This document shows positions 9,871-20,139 of a DNA stretch of 36,664 bases, piece after piece. Each line of letters opens with the position of its first letter. Position 1 is the first letter of the stretch. The notes beneath the pieces are model-generated. The model saw only the letters and a list, made by a program, of their open reading frames with translations, was not told where the DNA came from and did no database searches. Both the position numbers and the translations under genes were made by a program. Source of the stretch: Candidatus Methanomethylicia archaeon (GTDB taxonomy: Archaea; Thermoproteota; Methanomethylicia; CALHIW01); assembly GCA_938030905.1 (NCBI GenBank), contig CALHIW010000013.1:1-36664 (forward strand). The letters run 5' to 3'.

Positions 9871-9970
9871 TATGAACTTAGATGTGAAAGTATATGTGGC
9901 TAATGACTTAACTTACAGAACAGTATAATGGGGAAATGGCTAATACTTTAAGTTAAGTTTTACTATATGT
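9871..9970. repeat. Dispersed degenerate ~100-bp repeat, copy 1
   Basis: TTAGATGTGAAAGTATAT (9878-9895) recurs exactly at 25468-25485, with weaker similarity continuing downstream. Confidence 0.55.
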
Positions 9971-10047
9971 AACTCCACACATACCAACTTGGCAGGGCTT
10001 AATAGTTGAACGTAAAATTTAAAGCTTCAACTTTAGTCTAGCTAACT

Positions 10048-10320
10048 ATGGTTAGAGGAGTAATATTGAGGATTGGCTATAGTACAGGTAATAGAAGACT
10101 TAGTAGAAGAATTAGGGAATGTATAGTGAAGTTTAATGGATGTAACAGTGCTAGTGAAGCAGCAAAGCTAATAGGTAGAAGAATTGTAGCTACATTTAGG
10201 AAGAGGAAGTATCTAGGTAAGGTAATTCGAACACATGGTAATAATGGAGCTGTTGTTGTAAAGTTTAAAAAAACACCTCCAACAGAGTATTTTAGCGAAA
10301 TTATTTTAGAAGCTATTTAA
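10048..10320 (+). CDS. rpl35ae: 50S ribosomal protein L35Ae (eL33), divergent
   Basis: 90 aa, basic; EAAKLIGRRIV and GKVIRTHGNNGAVVVKF match the L35Ae signature. Confidence 0.8.
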   Translation: MVRGVILRIGYSTGNRRLSRRIRECIVKFNGCNSASEAAKLIGRRIVATFRKRKYLGKVIRTHGNNGAVVVKFKKTPPTEYFSEIILEAI

Positions 10321-10501
10321 TACACTGTTTTGATTTAGTATTAGGCTAAAATGAATTAGTAAAGCTGTTAAGAAGTTATGCAGCTCACTACACTTAGTAA
10401 TCCACAGAGTATTAAATAAATCTAAATATAACTTATCAACTCTTAATGTAATTAGAGAATTTAACGTTAAGTAAATATATTAGTATTCTAATCCTTTATG
10501 T

Positions 10502-11392
10502 ATGATGAGAATTACTGGTCAGGCTGTAGGTATGGATTTATTATCTTTTATCGTTAGTAATTTATGGATTATACTATTCCTATTCTTCTTCCTAACACCA
10601 GTAATTCAGAAGTATATTTTAAACTCTGCGAGGAGAAATGTTTTAATGAGGCTTTCAAGAAAGAGGAAAGCACAGGTTATAACACTAATACATAGACAGG
10701 AAACTATAGCCTTTCTAGGAATACCTATCTCTAGATATATTGATATTGAGGATAGTGAAGAGATTCTAAGAGCTATTAGAATGACTCCTCCAAATACGCC
10801 AATAGATCTTATAATTCATACTCCAGGTGGAATAGCTTTAGCAGCAGCTCAAATAGCAGCTGCACTTAAAGCACATTCAGGTAAGAAAACAGTTATAATA
10901 CCACACTACGCTATGAGTGGGGGGACTCTAATAGCTTTAGCAGCAGATGAAATATTGATGGATCCGCATGCTGTTTTAGGACCTATTGATCCGCAAATCA
11001 TTGATCAGAATAGATCATACTCAGCAGCATCAATACTTAAAGTATTGGAGAAGAAGGATATTAACAGTATTGATGATAGAACCCTAATACTAGCTGAGGA
11101 GGCACGTAAAGCAATAGATCAGATGAAAACATTTGTAGAGTGGCTTTTATCAGGTAAATGTGGGGAGGAAACAATTAGGAAAGTCATTGAGGAATTGGTA
11201 AGTGGGAAATATACACATGACAAGCCAATATTTCCGGAGGATATAAAAAAGCTTTTAGGAGAATGTGTTAAAACCGAAATACCTGAGGAAGTATATACGT
11301 TAATGAGATTATACAAGATGGAGATAAGACCTAGAAGACCAGGTGTTGAATTTACTCCAATAGTACCTACAAAACCACAAGCTCAACAGTAA
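10502..11392 (+). CDS. SDH-family ClpP/crotonase-fold serine protease with N-terminal membrane anchor
   Basis: Hydrophobic N-terminus; LIHRQE, DLIIHTPGG, AMSGGTLIALAADEI, LGPIDPQ, THD motifs. Confidence 0.88.
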   Translation: MMRITGQAVGMDLLSFIVSNLWIILFLFFFLTPVIQKYILNSARRNVLMRLSRKRKAQVITLIHRQETIAFLGIPISRYIDIEDSEEILRAIRMTPPNTPIDLIIHTPGGIALAAAQIAAALKAHSGKKTVIIPHYAMSGGTLIALAADEILMDPHAVLGPIDPQIIDQNRSYSAASILKVLEKKDINSIDDRTLILAEEARKAIDQMKTFVEWLLSGKCGEETIRKVIEELVSGKYTHDKPIFPEDIKKLLGECVKTEIPEEVYTLMRLYKMEIRPRRPGVEFTPIVPTKPQAQQ

Positions 11393-11448
11393 TAGATTTA
11401 ACAAACATAATTAACACATTATATAGCTAGATACTAATAATGGAGTAG

Positions 11449-12042
11449 TTAAATTAGAAAGTCTGCTAAGGTTTTTTTCTTCTTAATTCTCGGAAATTTA
11501 TCAGTAATATCGAAAACACCATCTGGATGATATGTTATAAGTTCAAGATCGAGAAGCTTCCTTATAAATCTCCTAGGATTCTGTATCCCCATCTTCTCAA
11601 GATCATTCATAATCTTTAAATCACCAACACTCCAATGTTCACTTAAATATTCAATAACTCTAAGCATTTCAGGATCTTTTAAAAGCTCATCAACATTAAC
11701 CTTTCCAACTCCAGTATTTACTTTGACTTTAACAATATCCTCTCCAGGATGAGGTATGTTGATAGTAGGCTTTACCACACTAGGCTCTAAACCTTTAACT
11801 CTTATAGCTTTAGGAACTGATTTTTTAAATAGTGGAAAGGATAATTCTGGGGGAGTGAAGAATTCACCTTCAGGCTCAACAATTCCTCTAGATAGAAGCT
11901 CCTCTATAATTACTGATAATGTGATTGATGATATATTTTCAGTATTAGCCCATTTAACCATTTCATCATAGGTTACAATACTACGTTTCTCAATAAACTC
12001 CTTAGCCTTCATAACCAATCTATTAAACAAATCACTCGACAA
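11449..12042 (-). CDS. Hypothetical protein, probably two winged-helix-like domains and C-terminal PIP-box-like motif
   Basis: TTG start preceded by GGAG; helix-then-strand endings EELLSRGIV and RKLLDLELI; Pro/Val-rich linker; ends KKKTLADFLI. Confidence 0.65.
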   Translation of the reverse strand: MSSDLFNRLVMKAKEFIEKRSIVTYDEMVKWANTENISSITLSVIIEELLSRGIVEPEGEFFTPPELSFPLFKKSVPKAIRVKGLEPSVVKPTINIPHPGEDIVKVKVNTGVGKVNVDELLKDPEMLRVIEYLSEHWSVGDLKIMNDLEKMGIQNPRRFIRKLLDLELITYHPDGVFDITDKFPRIKKKKTLADFLI

Positions 12043-12956
12043 TTCAGCTCCAACATAATAACTATAAATACTAATACTTAAAAATAACTGTAAAACTAAA
12101 TCATGAATATCACTCTACAATTTAGCTTTACGTCTTGATTACTTTTTACAAACACCTTATCCATATTCAGTATTCGAAATAGTAATTGGGATGAATTATA
12201 TAGAGTATTGGAAGAGAGTTAAACTGCAAAGCCTAGTTTTAAAATTCATTAATATTAACACCATTAGATGAAATATTAAGCCATAAGCATCTAGCTTTAA
12301 ATATCGAAGCATAACTGCAAATTAACTTCAACCACAACTATGAAGCTAGCATCAGGTAACGATAGATATACAATAATTCATCAATATCCATGGCTTCTAC
12401 TCGAACCCATGAAGCCCTGAAGACAAGTTGGCATAGTACACGGCTCCAAACATGGGAATGTATAGCGTAAACTGGAAGCTAGCTAATTATGGATACATCA
12501 CATAACGGTAAAACTTATAGCTTCTTAAACTAAGCAATTCTAATGAAGTATCTTAATAGATATGCCCGTAAACTTCTGAAAAACATGCTTAAACTAAATA
12601 GAAATAGCCATAATGGTAGAAGATGGAGGATAAATATTGATAGTAGTAAGGGTATTATAGAAGTATTTGATGAGAAAAGTAGAAGGAAAAACATTCTATT
12701 CATATAGAGCTTTAAATAATCAACTACGCTGAACATCATAATTCCTAATGAATTCAACTATAGCTATAGTCTTGAATGTAAGTCCACTAATAGAAAGATG
12801 TTTAATGCCAAGCCATCCTCTAATAGATAGAGGATAAATAATGACTGTAGCCTCAAGAGTTACAATACTTAAAAGTCTATTCAACTCAAATTCTGACTAC
12901 TAAGTTGATTTATTATGAGTGGAGAAAATATAAGAAGCTACTGGATAATGCTATAG

Positions 12957-13547
12957 ATGTATAGAAGCTATGATGGTTTAAAGTTTATAGTTTCAAGGGA
13001 TGTTTATGAGCCGGCAGAGGATACATATCTACTCATATCAGCTATTATGGGGGAGGGGGGAAAGAAGGCTTTAGATCTTGGATGTGGATGTGGACTCATA
13101 GCTTTAATCCTTGCTAGAAAGTTTGATGAAGTTATTGCTGTAGATATAAATCCAAATGCAGTAAAACTTACAGCATGTAATGCTAAGCTTAACAATATAA
13201 GCAACATCTATACAGTTAGATGTAGCTCAGGATCATCATTAAGGGGTCACATATTCGACGTTGTAGCATGCAATCCACCATACATACCAGTTACTGAAGA
13301 AGGGGGCTGGATTCATAAAGCATGGAGTGGGGGGTTAACAGGTAGGGAAGTCACATATAAAATGGCTGAGGAGGCATGGAGACTTCTTAAGGAGAATGGG
13401 AGACTATATATTGTAGCCTCAAGCCTCTCAAAAATTAAACATATTAAGAATCATCTAGTAAAATTAGGATTTAAAAACATTAGGAGGATATTATCTAGAA
13501 AGTTCTTTTTTGAGGAATTAACAGTTATTAGGTGTGTAAGATGTTAA
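12957..13547 (+). CDS. HemK2/Mtq2-family protein glutamine methyltransferase
   Basis: VYEPAEDTYLL, LDLGCGCG, VDINP, NPPY, WSGGLTGR, FFEEL. Confidence 0.9.
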   Translation: MYRSYDGLKFIVSRDVYEPAEDTYLLISAIMGEGGKKALDLGCGCGLIALILARKFDEVIAVDINPNAVKLTACNAKLNNISNIYTVRCSSGSSLRGHIFDVVACNPPYIPVTEEGGWIHKAWSGGLTGREVTYKMAEEAWRLLKENGRLYIVASSLSKIKHIKNHLVKLGFKNIRRILSRKFFFEELTVIRCVRC

Positions 13548-14035
13548 ATAATGCTATCTCTCTCATACAGTCTAAAGAAGGCCAATATCGAATCCTATAT
13601 GTAAATACGTAGAAACTCCAATAAATGAATTAAGAATTGCTGGAAGCATAAAGAATCAATTAGAATAATTTAAGATACCTCATAACATAGACATATCTAT
13701 ATAATACATTTTATCAAAATCCGGTAAACAACTAAACATTTTAGAATGTGGAGGAAAACTTAACACTCAACTCATATTAAGCTACATATGTGTTGAAGAT
13801 ATGAAGATAGATATAATCTGAAATATAGAAGTCATCTCCTATAAACTGAAACATTATTTCTTAATAATTTAAACAGCTCTCTACATACTAATATTTTACA
13901 GGCTTCCCACTGATATTTTAGATGGCTTCAGTAGTTCTCAGCCTACATTTAAAGTATTTTCCTTACTCATGAAGTACACAATACCGTCGTGAATGATGGT
14001 GATTAAGTATTTAAATATAGTATAGCATAGTTCTT

Positions 14036-14620
14036 ATGTATACCTGTCTAAAAATCTCCGATAGGTTGAGGAATGCTTTAAGAAAGCCTTTAGGCTACTT
14101 CATAGCTGAACCCAATGCAGAGTTTAAAGCGAAGAAATACATTGAGGATATCAATCCAGTAAAGATAATTACTGTTGGTGATGTTGTTTCATCAACTCTA
14201 TATGAAGCTAAACTCCATATAAATATGGTAGTAGTTGATGGAAAAACCTTAAGAAGTATAGGTAGATATTATGGTTTTAAATCAAACCGTATTTTTAGGG
14301 TTGAAAACTATCCAGGTACAATAAGTATTAATGCATGGAATATCTTAAAAGAGGCTTTAAAGATTAATGATGATGTTCTAGTATTAGTATATGGGGAGGA
14401 GGATCTGCTTGTAATACCAGCAGTTATTCTAGCACCTGAAAACTCAGTGGTTGCTTATGGTCAGCCTCCACTATGGGGTGAGGGGGGAATTGTTATTGTA
14501 AAGGTAGATATGGAGAAGAAAAAAGAGTTTATTAATTATTTAAGGGAAATGGAGGTTGAAGAGGAAGGTAAGGAGGAGGTTCTTAGTAGGATGCTAGATG
14601 AATATATGAATTATACTTAG
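14036..14620 (+). CDS. GTP-dependent dephospho-CoA kinase family (DUF359)
   Basis: LRKPLG, ITVGDVVS, VVDGKTLR, NYPGTI, GEEDLL, YGQP motifs. Confidence 0.88.
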   Translation: MYTCLKISDRLRNALRKPLGYFIAEPNAEFKAKKYIEDINPVKIITVGDVVSSTLYEAKLHINMVVVDGKTLRSIGRYYGFKSNRIFRVENYPGTISINAWNILKEALKINDDVLVLVYGEEDLLVIPAVILAPENSVVAYGQPPLWGEGGIVIVKVDMEKKKEFINYLREMEVEEEGKEEVLSRMLDEYMNYT

Positions 14621-15073
14621 GGTTGAAAGCCATACTATCAATACAGTAGCTGAAACACCTATACTTATTGCTACTATTGATCTACCATATTTTAAACCTA
14701 ATATGTAGGCTAATGCAGACCCAGTCCATGCACCGGATCCAGGTATAGGTACCGCAACAAATATTGTTAATCCTAGTAAGCCATATTTATCAATGTATTT
14801 ACGTCCTCTACTCCTAATATTATCTAGCATGTTTAGATATAGAGCTATTAGACACTTAACTCTACCATTTAATCTAGATCTTCTTAAAACCCTCTCTATA
14901 AGGTTAAGTACTGGAATTAGTATTGGAGCTATAGCTAGATTTCCAGTAAGTGAGATAGCTAATACTTGAAGAGGATTTAACCCAACAGCTATGCCGTAAA
15001 CTATACTTCCACGAGCCTCAATTATAGGCATCATAGATAGAAACAATACTGTCAAAATCTTAAAATCATACAA
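14594..15073 (-). CDS. COG2426 'small multi-drug export' family membrane protein
   Basis: PIIEARGSI and FVAVPIPGSGAWTG signatures; several TM segments. Confidence 0.85.
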   Translation of the reverse strand: MYDFKILTVLFLSMMPIIEARGSIVYGIAVGLNPLQVLAISLTGNLAIAPILIPVLNLIERVLRRSRLNGRVKCLIALYLNMLDNIRSRGRKYIDKYGLLGLTIFVAVPIPGSGAWTGSALAYILGLKYGRSIVAISIGVSATVLIVWLSTLSIIHIFI

Positions 15074-15659
15074 TTAAATCACCAGGTTTAGGTAGAATCA
15101 TTAAGACCTCTCTAGGATCCCCTATTTCTAAAGCCTTACCCTCAAGGTAAAGCCTACCAGTAACCGCACATGTAATGGCGTCAAGCTCATGAGCTGAAAG
15201 CTTTAAATCAATACTTCCATAAAGACTAAATCTATTCTTTAACATTAACCTTAACCTTTCAGGATCAGATTTACTTCTAGGTAGCTTAAGTATATCTTGA
15301 GCCCCTCCAGGATATGTTTCAACAACTCTTAATCCTCTAGACTCAAGTATAATTCTAAGTCTTATACCCCTCTCAGTAAGCTTTCGCATACCTGCAAAAT
15401 TTATTGGGAAAAACCTTATACCCATACGTCGAAGCTCACGGTCACAATTTCTTATACATTCCTTAGAGTCTAATGTTTTACCTAAAGGCAATGCTAGTGG
15501 AGCATCTATAGCTACAATCTGAGGATTAAAGGATACTGTGGTTAATATTATTTCATCATCATGGCGTACAATTAAGGTTTCAACATGACTACCTCTAAGC
15601 AAACATATTCCAGTATCTCTACTCTCAACCCCAGCTAGATCAATACCTACAACTCTCAC
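15066..15659 (-). CDS. DUF429 family RNase H-fold predicted nuclease
   Basis: GIDLAG, VAIDAPL, R.CDREL, VETYP, HELDAITCA. Confidence 0.85.
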   Translation of the reverse strand: MRVVGIDLAGVESRDTGICLLRGSHVETLIVRHDDEIILTTVSFNPQIVAIDAPLALPLGKTLDSKECIRNCDRELRRMGIRFFPINFAGMRKLTERGIRLRIILESRGLRVVETYPGGAQDILKLPRSKSDPERLRLMLKNRFSLYGSIDLKLSAHELDAITCAVTGRLYLEGKALEIGDPREVLMILPKPGDLIV

Positions 15660-16467
15660 TAAGCCTCAACTCACCAGTTATCTCAAGAAGTAATTTTCTT
15701 GTAGCTGAAGCTATGAATGGGGTTGTTGATGGGGGGTAGATGGGTATTTCAAGATCATTACCTTTAACATCAACCACTACACCTCCAGCCTTCCTAACTA
15801 TGAATACAGCAGCTGTTAAATCTGTACTTCTAAGAAAACCTCTTAAATCAATAAAGGCATCAGCAGCGCCTGAAGCTACAAGACAAATTTCAAGAGCATC
15901 TGTACCTAAAAACCTTACATGTGCGGCCTTTTCAAGTATTGATGAAATCCTAGCAATATAGCCTGGAATCCTACCCTTAACATTTAGATCAGCAGATATT
16001 AATGCCTCCCTAATACTTTCAATACTTGAAACCCTAATAGACTTACCGTTTAAATATGCTCCATAATCTCTTTCAGCATAGTATACATCTCCATTAACAA
16101 TGTTTACTACACCACCAGCAATAACACTACTTAACATAACTCCCTCAGCAATAGCTATTGAAGTACTAAAGCATGGATAACCACGTACAGCATTAACACT
16201 ACCATCTATTGGATCAACAATAATGTATGGAGAACCACCACACCCAATAATAATTTCTCCACTCTCCTCACTTACAATAGTAGCATTATTAAAATACCTC
16301 CTCAACGACTCAATAATAGACTCCTCAGCAACAAGATCTATAAGCTTCATTTCATCACCGAAGACGTTACGTTGAATAGGCTGTTTATAGCTTGAATACT
16401 TCATACAGTCTAAAACCCTACTCCTACATTGAAGTAGAGTCTGCACTACAATATTAAAATATTTCAT
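15640..16467 (-). CDS. suhB: Inositol monophosphatase / FBPase family protein
   Basis: DLVAEE, SEESG, DPIDGSVN, GAYLNG, RFLG, D(L)TA motifs. Confidence 0.88.
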   Translation of the reverse strand: MKYFNIVVQTLLQCRSRVLDCMKYSSYKQPIQRNVFGDEMKLIDLVAEESIIESLRRYFNNATIVSEESGEIIIGCGGSPYIIVDPIDGSVNAVRGYPCFSTSIAIAEGVMLSSVIAGGVVNIVNGDVYYAERDYGAYLNGKSIRVSSIESIREALISADLNVKGRIPGYIARISSILEKAAHVRFLGTDALEICLVASGAADAFIDLRGFLRSTDLTAAVFIVRKAGGVVVDVKGNDLEIPIYPPSTTPFIASATRKLLLEITGELRLSESCRY

Positions 16468-16524
16468 AAATGCTCAACTATAAAACAATATTTAAACTTT
16501 AATAACTATAAATTTAAATACTGT

Positions 16525-17206
16525 ATGCAGATACCATTGGAGATTATAAATAAGCTTGAGGATTGGTATGGTAGAAACTGGTGGAGTAAAGAGGAGGAGT
16601 TTGATGGGATACTCTATAATCCATTTAAGAACTTAATTTTCACAATTCTCTCACAGAGTACCTCAAGTATAAATGCTTATAGGGCATATAGGGGTTTAAG
16701 CTTAAAGTTTTCAATAAATCCTAAAACCCTAGCAAATACTAATGAGGAGGAGATAGCTGAAGCTATTAGGACTAGTGGACTATATAGAGTTAAAGCTAAG
16801 AGAATTAGGGAGGCATCAAAATACATAATCGAGGAACTGAATAGTAGACTAGATGAAGTGTTAAAGCTACCAAGAGAGAAAGCACGGGGAAATACTTAAG
16901 CAGATTCCAGGTGTAGGTGATAAACAACTGATGCAGTTTTATCATGTATATATAGTCCATGTGAGGTAATAGTTATTGATACTCATATGGATAGACTGGC
17001 TAAACATTTAGGTATAGCTAGTGGGGGTATGAAGTATAGTGGAGCACAGAATGCCTTAATAAACTTTATACTTGGAGTAGAATTCTAAGTTGGAAGTAGA
17101 GTAGAGTTTAGGATTACTATGGCTTCTTGCAAAACATACATGTAAAACTAGAAATCCTAGATGTAGTGAGTGTGTTTTAAACATTGTATGTTCCAAGATA
17201 ATATAA
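16525..17206 (+). pseudogene. nth: Endonuclease III (HhH-GPD, 4Fe-4S) pseudogene
   Basis: PF..LIFTILSQ, GLYRVKA; after a frameshift at G4 near 16886, LKQIPGVGDK; after a further shift VIDTHMDR; C-terminal CKTRNPRCSECVLNIVC; several frameshifts and stops. Confidence 0.9.
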
Positions 17207-17304
17207 GTATTTATTTGGAATTTTAATACTACTATACTTAGTATTATTTTGAGTTAAACTTGATAAGCTATATATTCTCTATTGGGTATGTTGATAGAGA
17301 GATT

Positions 17305-17940
17305 ATGTCGGAGAAATTTAGTAAGAAATGGAGTAGAAATGAAAACTCTATTCTCAGCCGAGTAAAGAGGTTATTCCACTCAAAACAGTCACTTAGCGAG
17401 AAGATATTAATGGTAACATTTAGAATTAATAGTTTAAAAACGAGACTTGAACAGGAATCCTATAAGCTTCTACAGCGTGATAGAGATTTATTTGAGAAAT
17501 GCATCCAGGCATTAACATCTAGGGATGAGCTTAGAGCTAAAATATATGCAAATGAGGTTGTAGAGCTTAGAAAGATTACGGGATTAGTTCTGAAGAGTAA
17601 GCTTGCCTTAGAGCAGGTTTCGCTAAGACTTGAAACCATACGTGACTTCGGAAACCTAGTAGCAGTAGTAGCTCCAGTATCGAGGGTTGTAGGAGACTTA
17701 AGAAGTCAGCTCTCAGGATTTATGCCTCAAATAGGTAGTGAACTTGGAGAAATTAGTGAAAGCCTACAGACAATGATTAATGAGGCTGGAATTAATGTTC
17801 AGACAGGATTTGAAATTGAGGCATCAAATGAAGCGCAGAAAATACTTAGTGAAGCAACAGTAGTTGCTGAACAGAAAATGAAGGAGAAACTACCGGAAAT
17901 ACCAATACATCTACCAATAGCATTAAGGGAGAAGATATAG
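17305..17940 (+). CDS. cdvB: ESCRT-III / CdvB-family (Snf7 domain) protein; ATG 17305 preferred to TTG 17260
   Basis: RDRDLFEKC...RAKIYANEVVELRK...LEQVSLRLET, MPQI..EL, EAQKILSEA...LPEIP. Confidence 0.88.
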   Translation: MSEKFSKKWSRNENSILSRVKRLFHSKQSLSEKILMVTFRINSLKTRLEQESYKLLQRDRDLFEKCIQALTSRDELRAKIYANEVVELRKITGLVLKSKLALEQVSLRLETIRDFGNLVAVVAPVSRVVGDLRSQLSGFMPQIGSELGEISESLQTMINEAGINVQTGFEIEASNEAQKILSEATVVAEQKMKEKLPEIPIHLPIALREKI

Positions 17941-17990
17941 TTAAAATAGCAGTCTCACCAGCTATTTAAGTAGTTTAATCTATAAATATT

Positions 17991-18971
17991 ATGGATAGTT
18001 TAGCTTTAGGAATTGATATTGGAGCAACTCATATTAGAGCTGCTATTGGAAATTCAAGTAGAATTCTATTTAAAACATTTGAGGAAACAGTTAATCAAGG
18101 AGATGAATATGCAATTGCAAATCAAATAATTAAACTAGCTAGAAAAATCCCGGAGAAACTCATTAGTAAAATAGTTGGAGTAGGTATTGGATCAATAGGT
18201 CCAGTCAATATTAGGAGGGGAGTAATAGTTAAACCTTCAAACCTACCATTTAGAAAAATTGTTATTACAGAGCCTTTAATAGATAAGTTTAAAACTCCAA
18301 TATATCTAGTTAATGACTGTGTTGCTGCTGTTATTGGTGAAAGATTTTTTGGAGCTGGTAGAAATATAGATAATCTAGTATATGTTACCATTAGTACAGG
18401 TATTGGATGTGGAGCATATGTTAATGGCGGCTTACTCCTAGGTAAGGATGGAAATGCTCATGAGGTTGGGCATATGGTAATAGATTTTAATGGAAGACTT
18501 AAATGTGGATGTGGGGGAAGAGGACATTGGGAAGCATACTGTTCAGGCAAAAACATACCGAAATATGCAAGATTAATATTGAAAAAAGCAGATAAAGTAA
18601 AAGCTGAGAAAAGCCCTCTATACAGGCAGCTTGAAAACCTAACATCTGAAACCATATTTCTAAATGCTAGAATAGGTGATTACCTAGCTTTAAGAATAGT
18701 TGAAGAAGTCGGTAGATTAAACGCTGTAGGATTCGCTAACATTATAAACATGTATGATCCAGCATTAATAACTGTAGGTGGAGCTGTAATCCTTAGAAAT
18801 ATTGATATTACAATACCAATAATAAGGAGAAACATAAACAAATACGCTATAAATAGAATACCTAAAATAACTCCTACACCACTAGGTGAAGATATAGTAT
18901 TGTATGGAGCAATAGCTACAGCGCTTAACCCACCAATACAGCTACAAGATATGGTTAAGACTTCTTTATAA
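17991..18971 (+). CDS. ROK family sugar kinase (glucokinase-like)
   Basis: GIDIGATH, GIGSIGP, NDCVAA, STGIG, EVGH, CGCGGRGHWEAY. Confidence 0.92.
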   Translation: MDSLALGIDIGATHIRAAIGNSSRILFKTFEETVNQGDEYAIANQIIKLARKIPEKLISKIVGVGIGSIGPVNIRRGVIVKPSNLPFRKIVITEPLIDKFKTPIYLVNDCVAAVIGERFFGAGRNIDNLVYVTISTGIGCGAYVNGGLLLGKDGNAHEVGHMVIDFNGRLKCGCGGRGHWEAYCSGKNIPKYARLILKKADKVKAEKSPLYRQLENLTSETIFLNARIGDYLALRIVEEVGRLNAVGFANIINMYDPALITVGGAVILRNIDITIPIIRRNINKYAINRIPKITPTPLGEDIVLYGAIATALNPPIQLQDMVKTSL

Positions 18972-20136
18972 GTCTAGCTATGAAGTATCCAGATGTATCG
19001 TGAGCATCAGGATAAAACCTCTGTAGTAAATCATAATTCTCAACAATATTTAAGCCTCTTGAAGCAATATAGATAGGCTGCTCATCAACTTTTAAGTTAA
19101 GACTTCTAACAGCATAATCAACTATGAGCTCATTCTCCTCAGGTGTTATTGTACATGTAGAGTATACAATTACACCTCCATCTTTAACTATCTTAGCAGC
19201 TACCTTAATAAATTGTTTCTGATAGTCTGCAAGAGCCTTAACAATTCTATACGTCTTAACATCTTGAAGCTTAGGTCTTACACCAATAGTTGAGCATGGA
19301 GGATCTATAAGAATCCTATCAGCCTTAATCCATGGATAGTAAACATCTAGATAACGTGAATCAGCCTTAAAAACACGAATACAGTTAGCACCAACCCTAC
19401 AAACCTCCCTCCTCAACCTATTAATTCTACGATTAGAATTATCGAAAGCTAAAACTAAGGCATTATCACCTGTAAGCTGAGCTATATGTGTTGTCTTACC
19501 ACCAGGAGCAGCACACATATCAACAATAACCTCACCAGGCTTAGGATCTAGAACAATACTTGTAATTATTGCTGGTAGACTCTGATCAAATATGAGGCCG
19601 CTCCTATACTCCTTAAGATTCTGAATCTTCGGAGTCTCATAAACAGATCTTAATACACGAACTGCAAGCCCATAATTGCACTTAACCATTTCACAACCAT
19701 CAATCTCAGCAATACCCCAACCAACAGGCTCACCATGGGGTGTAGTGATGAGAACCTCATTACCTTTAAAAACACCATCAGCTCTTACAACACCAGGAGC
19801 ATAGAGATCAGCACCCTGATAAACACTTTCAGAAGCATACTTATCAGCAACAACAACCTTACAAGCTACTGGAAGCCTATTAGGACCTTTAACTCTAAAA
19901 TAGAGAGCATCCCTAACCAAACAATCCTTGTAAACCTCAAAGCCTCTAGATAATAAACTCTCATAAACATCGTTAATAGATGCCTTTAAAGTATTAACCC
20001 TAACATAGTATCTACCTGGAGGCTTCCTTAAAGCCTCAATAATACTTTTCAATCTATCCCCAAATACACTACTAAGATTCTCTATAAGCCTCTCATCTAG
20101 AAGTATAGCTTTCGAATACTCAATAAGACCTACCAT
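18955..20136 (-). CDS. RsmB/NOP2-family RNA m5C methyltransferase with PUA domain (NSUN6-like)
   Basis: RVNTLK, PUA segment GADLYAPGV, DMCAAPGGKTTH, DPPCS, VYSTCT. Confidence 0.92.
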   Translation of the reverse strand: MVGLIEYSKAILLDERLIENLSSVFGDRLKSIIEALRKPPGRYYVRVNTLKASINDVYESLLSRGFEVYKDCLVRDALYFRVKGPNRLPVACKVVVADKYASESVYQGADLYAPGVVRADGVFKGNEVLITTPHGEPVGWGIAEIDGCEMVKCNYGLAVRVLRSVYETPKIQNLKEYRSGLIFDQSLPAIITSIVLDPKPGEVIVDMCAAPGGKTTHIAQLTGDNALVLAFDNSNRRINRLRREVCRVGANCIRVFKADSRYLDVYYPWIKADRILIDPPCSTIGVRPKLQDVKTYRIVKALADYQKQFIKVAAKIVKDGGVIVYSTCTITPEENELIVDYAVRSLNLKVDEQPIYIASRGLNIVENYDLLQRFYPDAHDTSGYFIARLIKKS

Positions 20137-20139
20137 AGC

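Noticed and set aside
9874-9895. GATGTGAAAG resembles the 3' end of archaeal CRISPR repeats (ATTGAAAG)
   Set aside because: No regularly spaced array and no cas genes; only two distant copies
12100-12900. 800-bp gap with coding-like patches; considered a ksgA or swivel-domain remnant, and the 12530-12757 ORF
   Set aside because: No diagnostic motif could be read in any frame
13900-14010. Possible C/D-box sRNA (CTGA motifs)
   Set aside because: No properly placed RTGATGA box C
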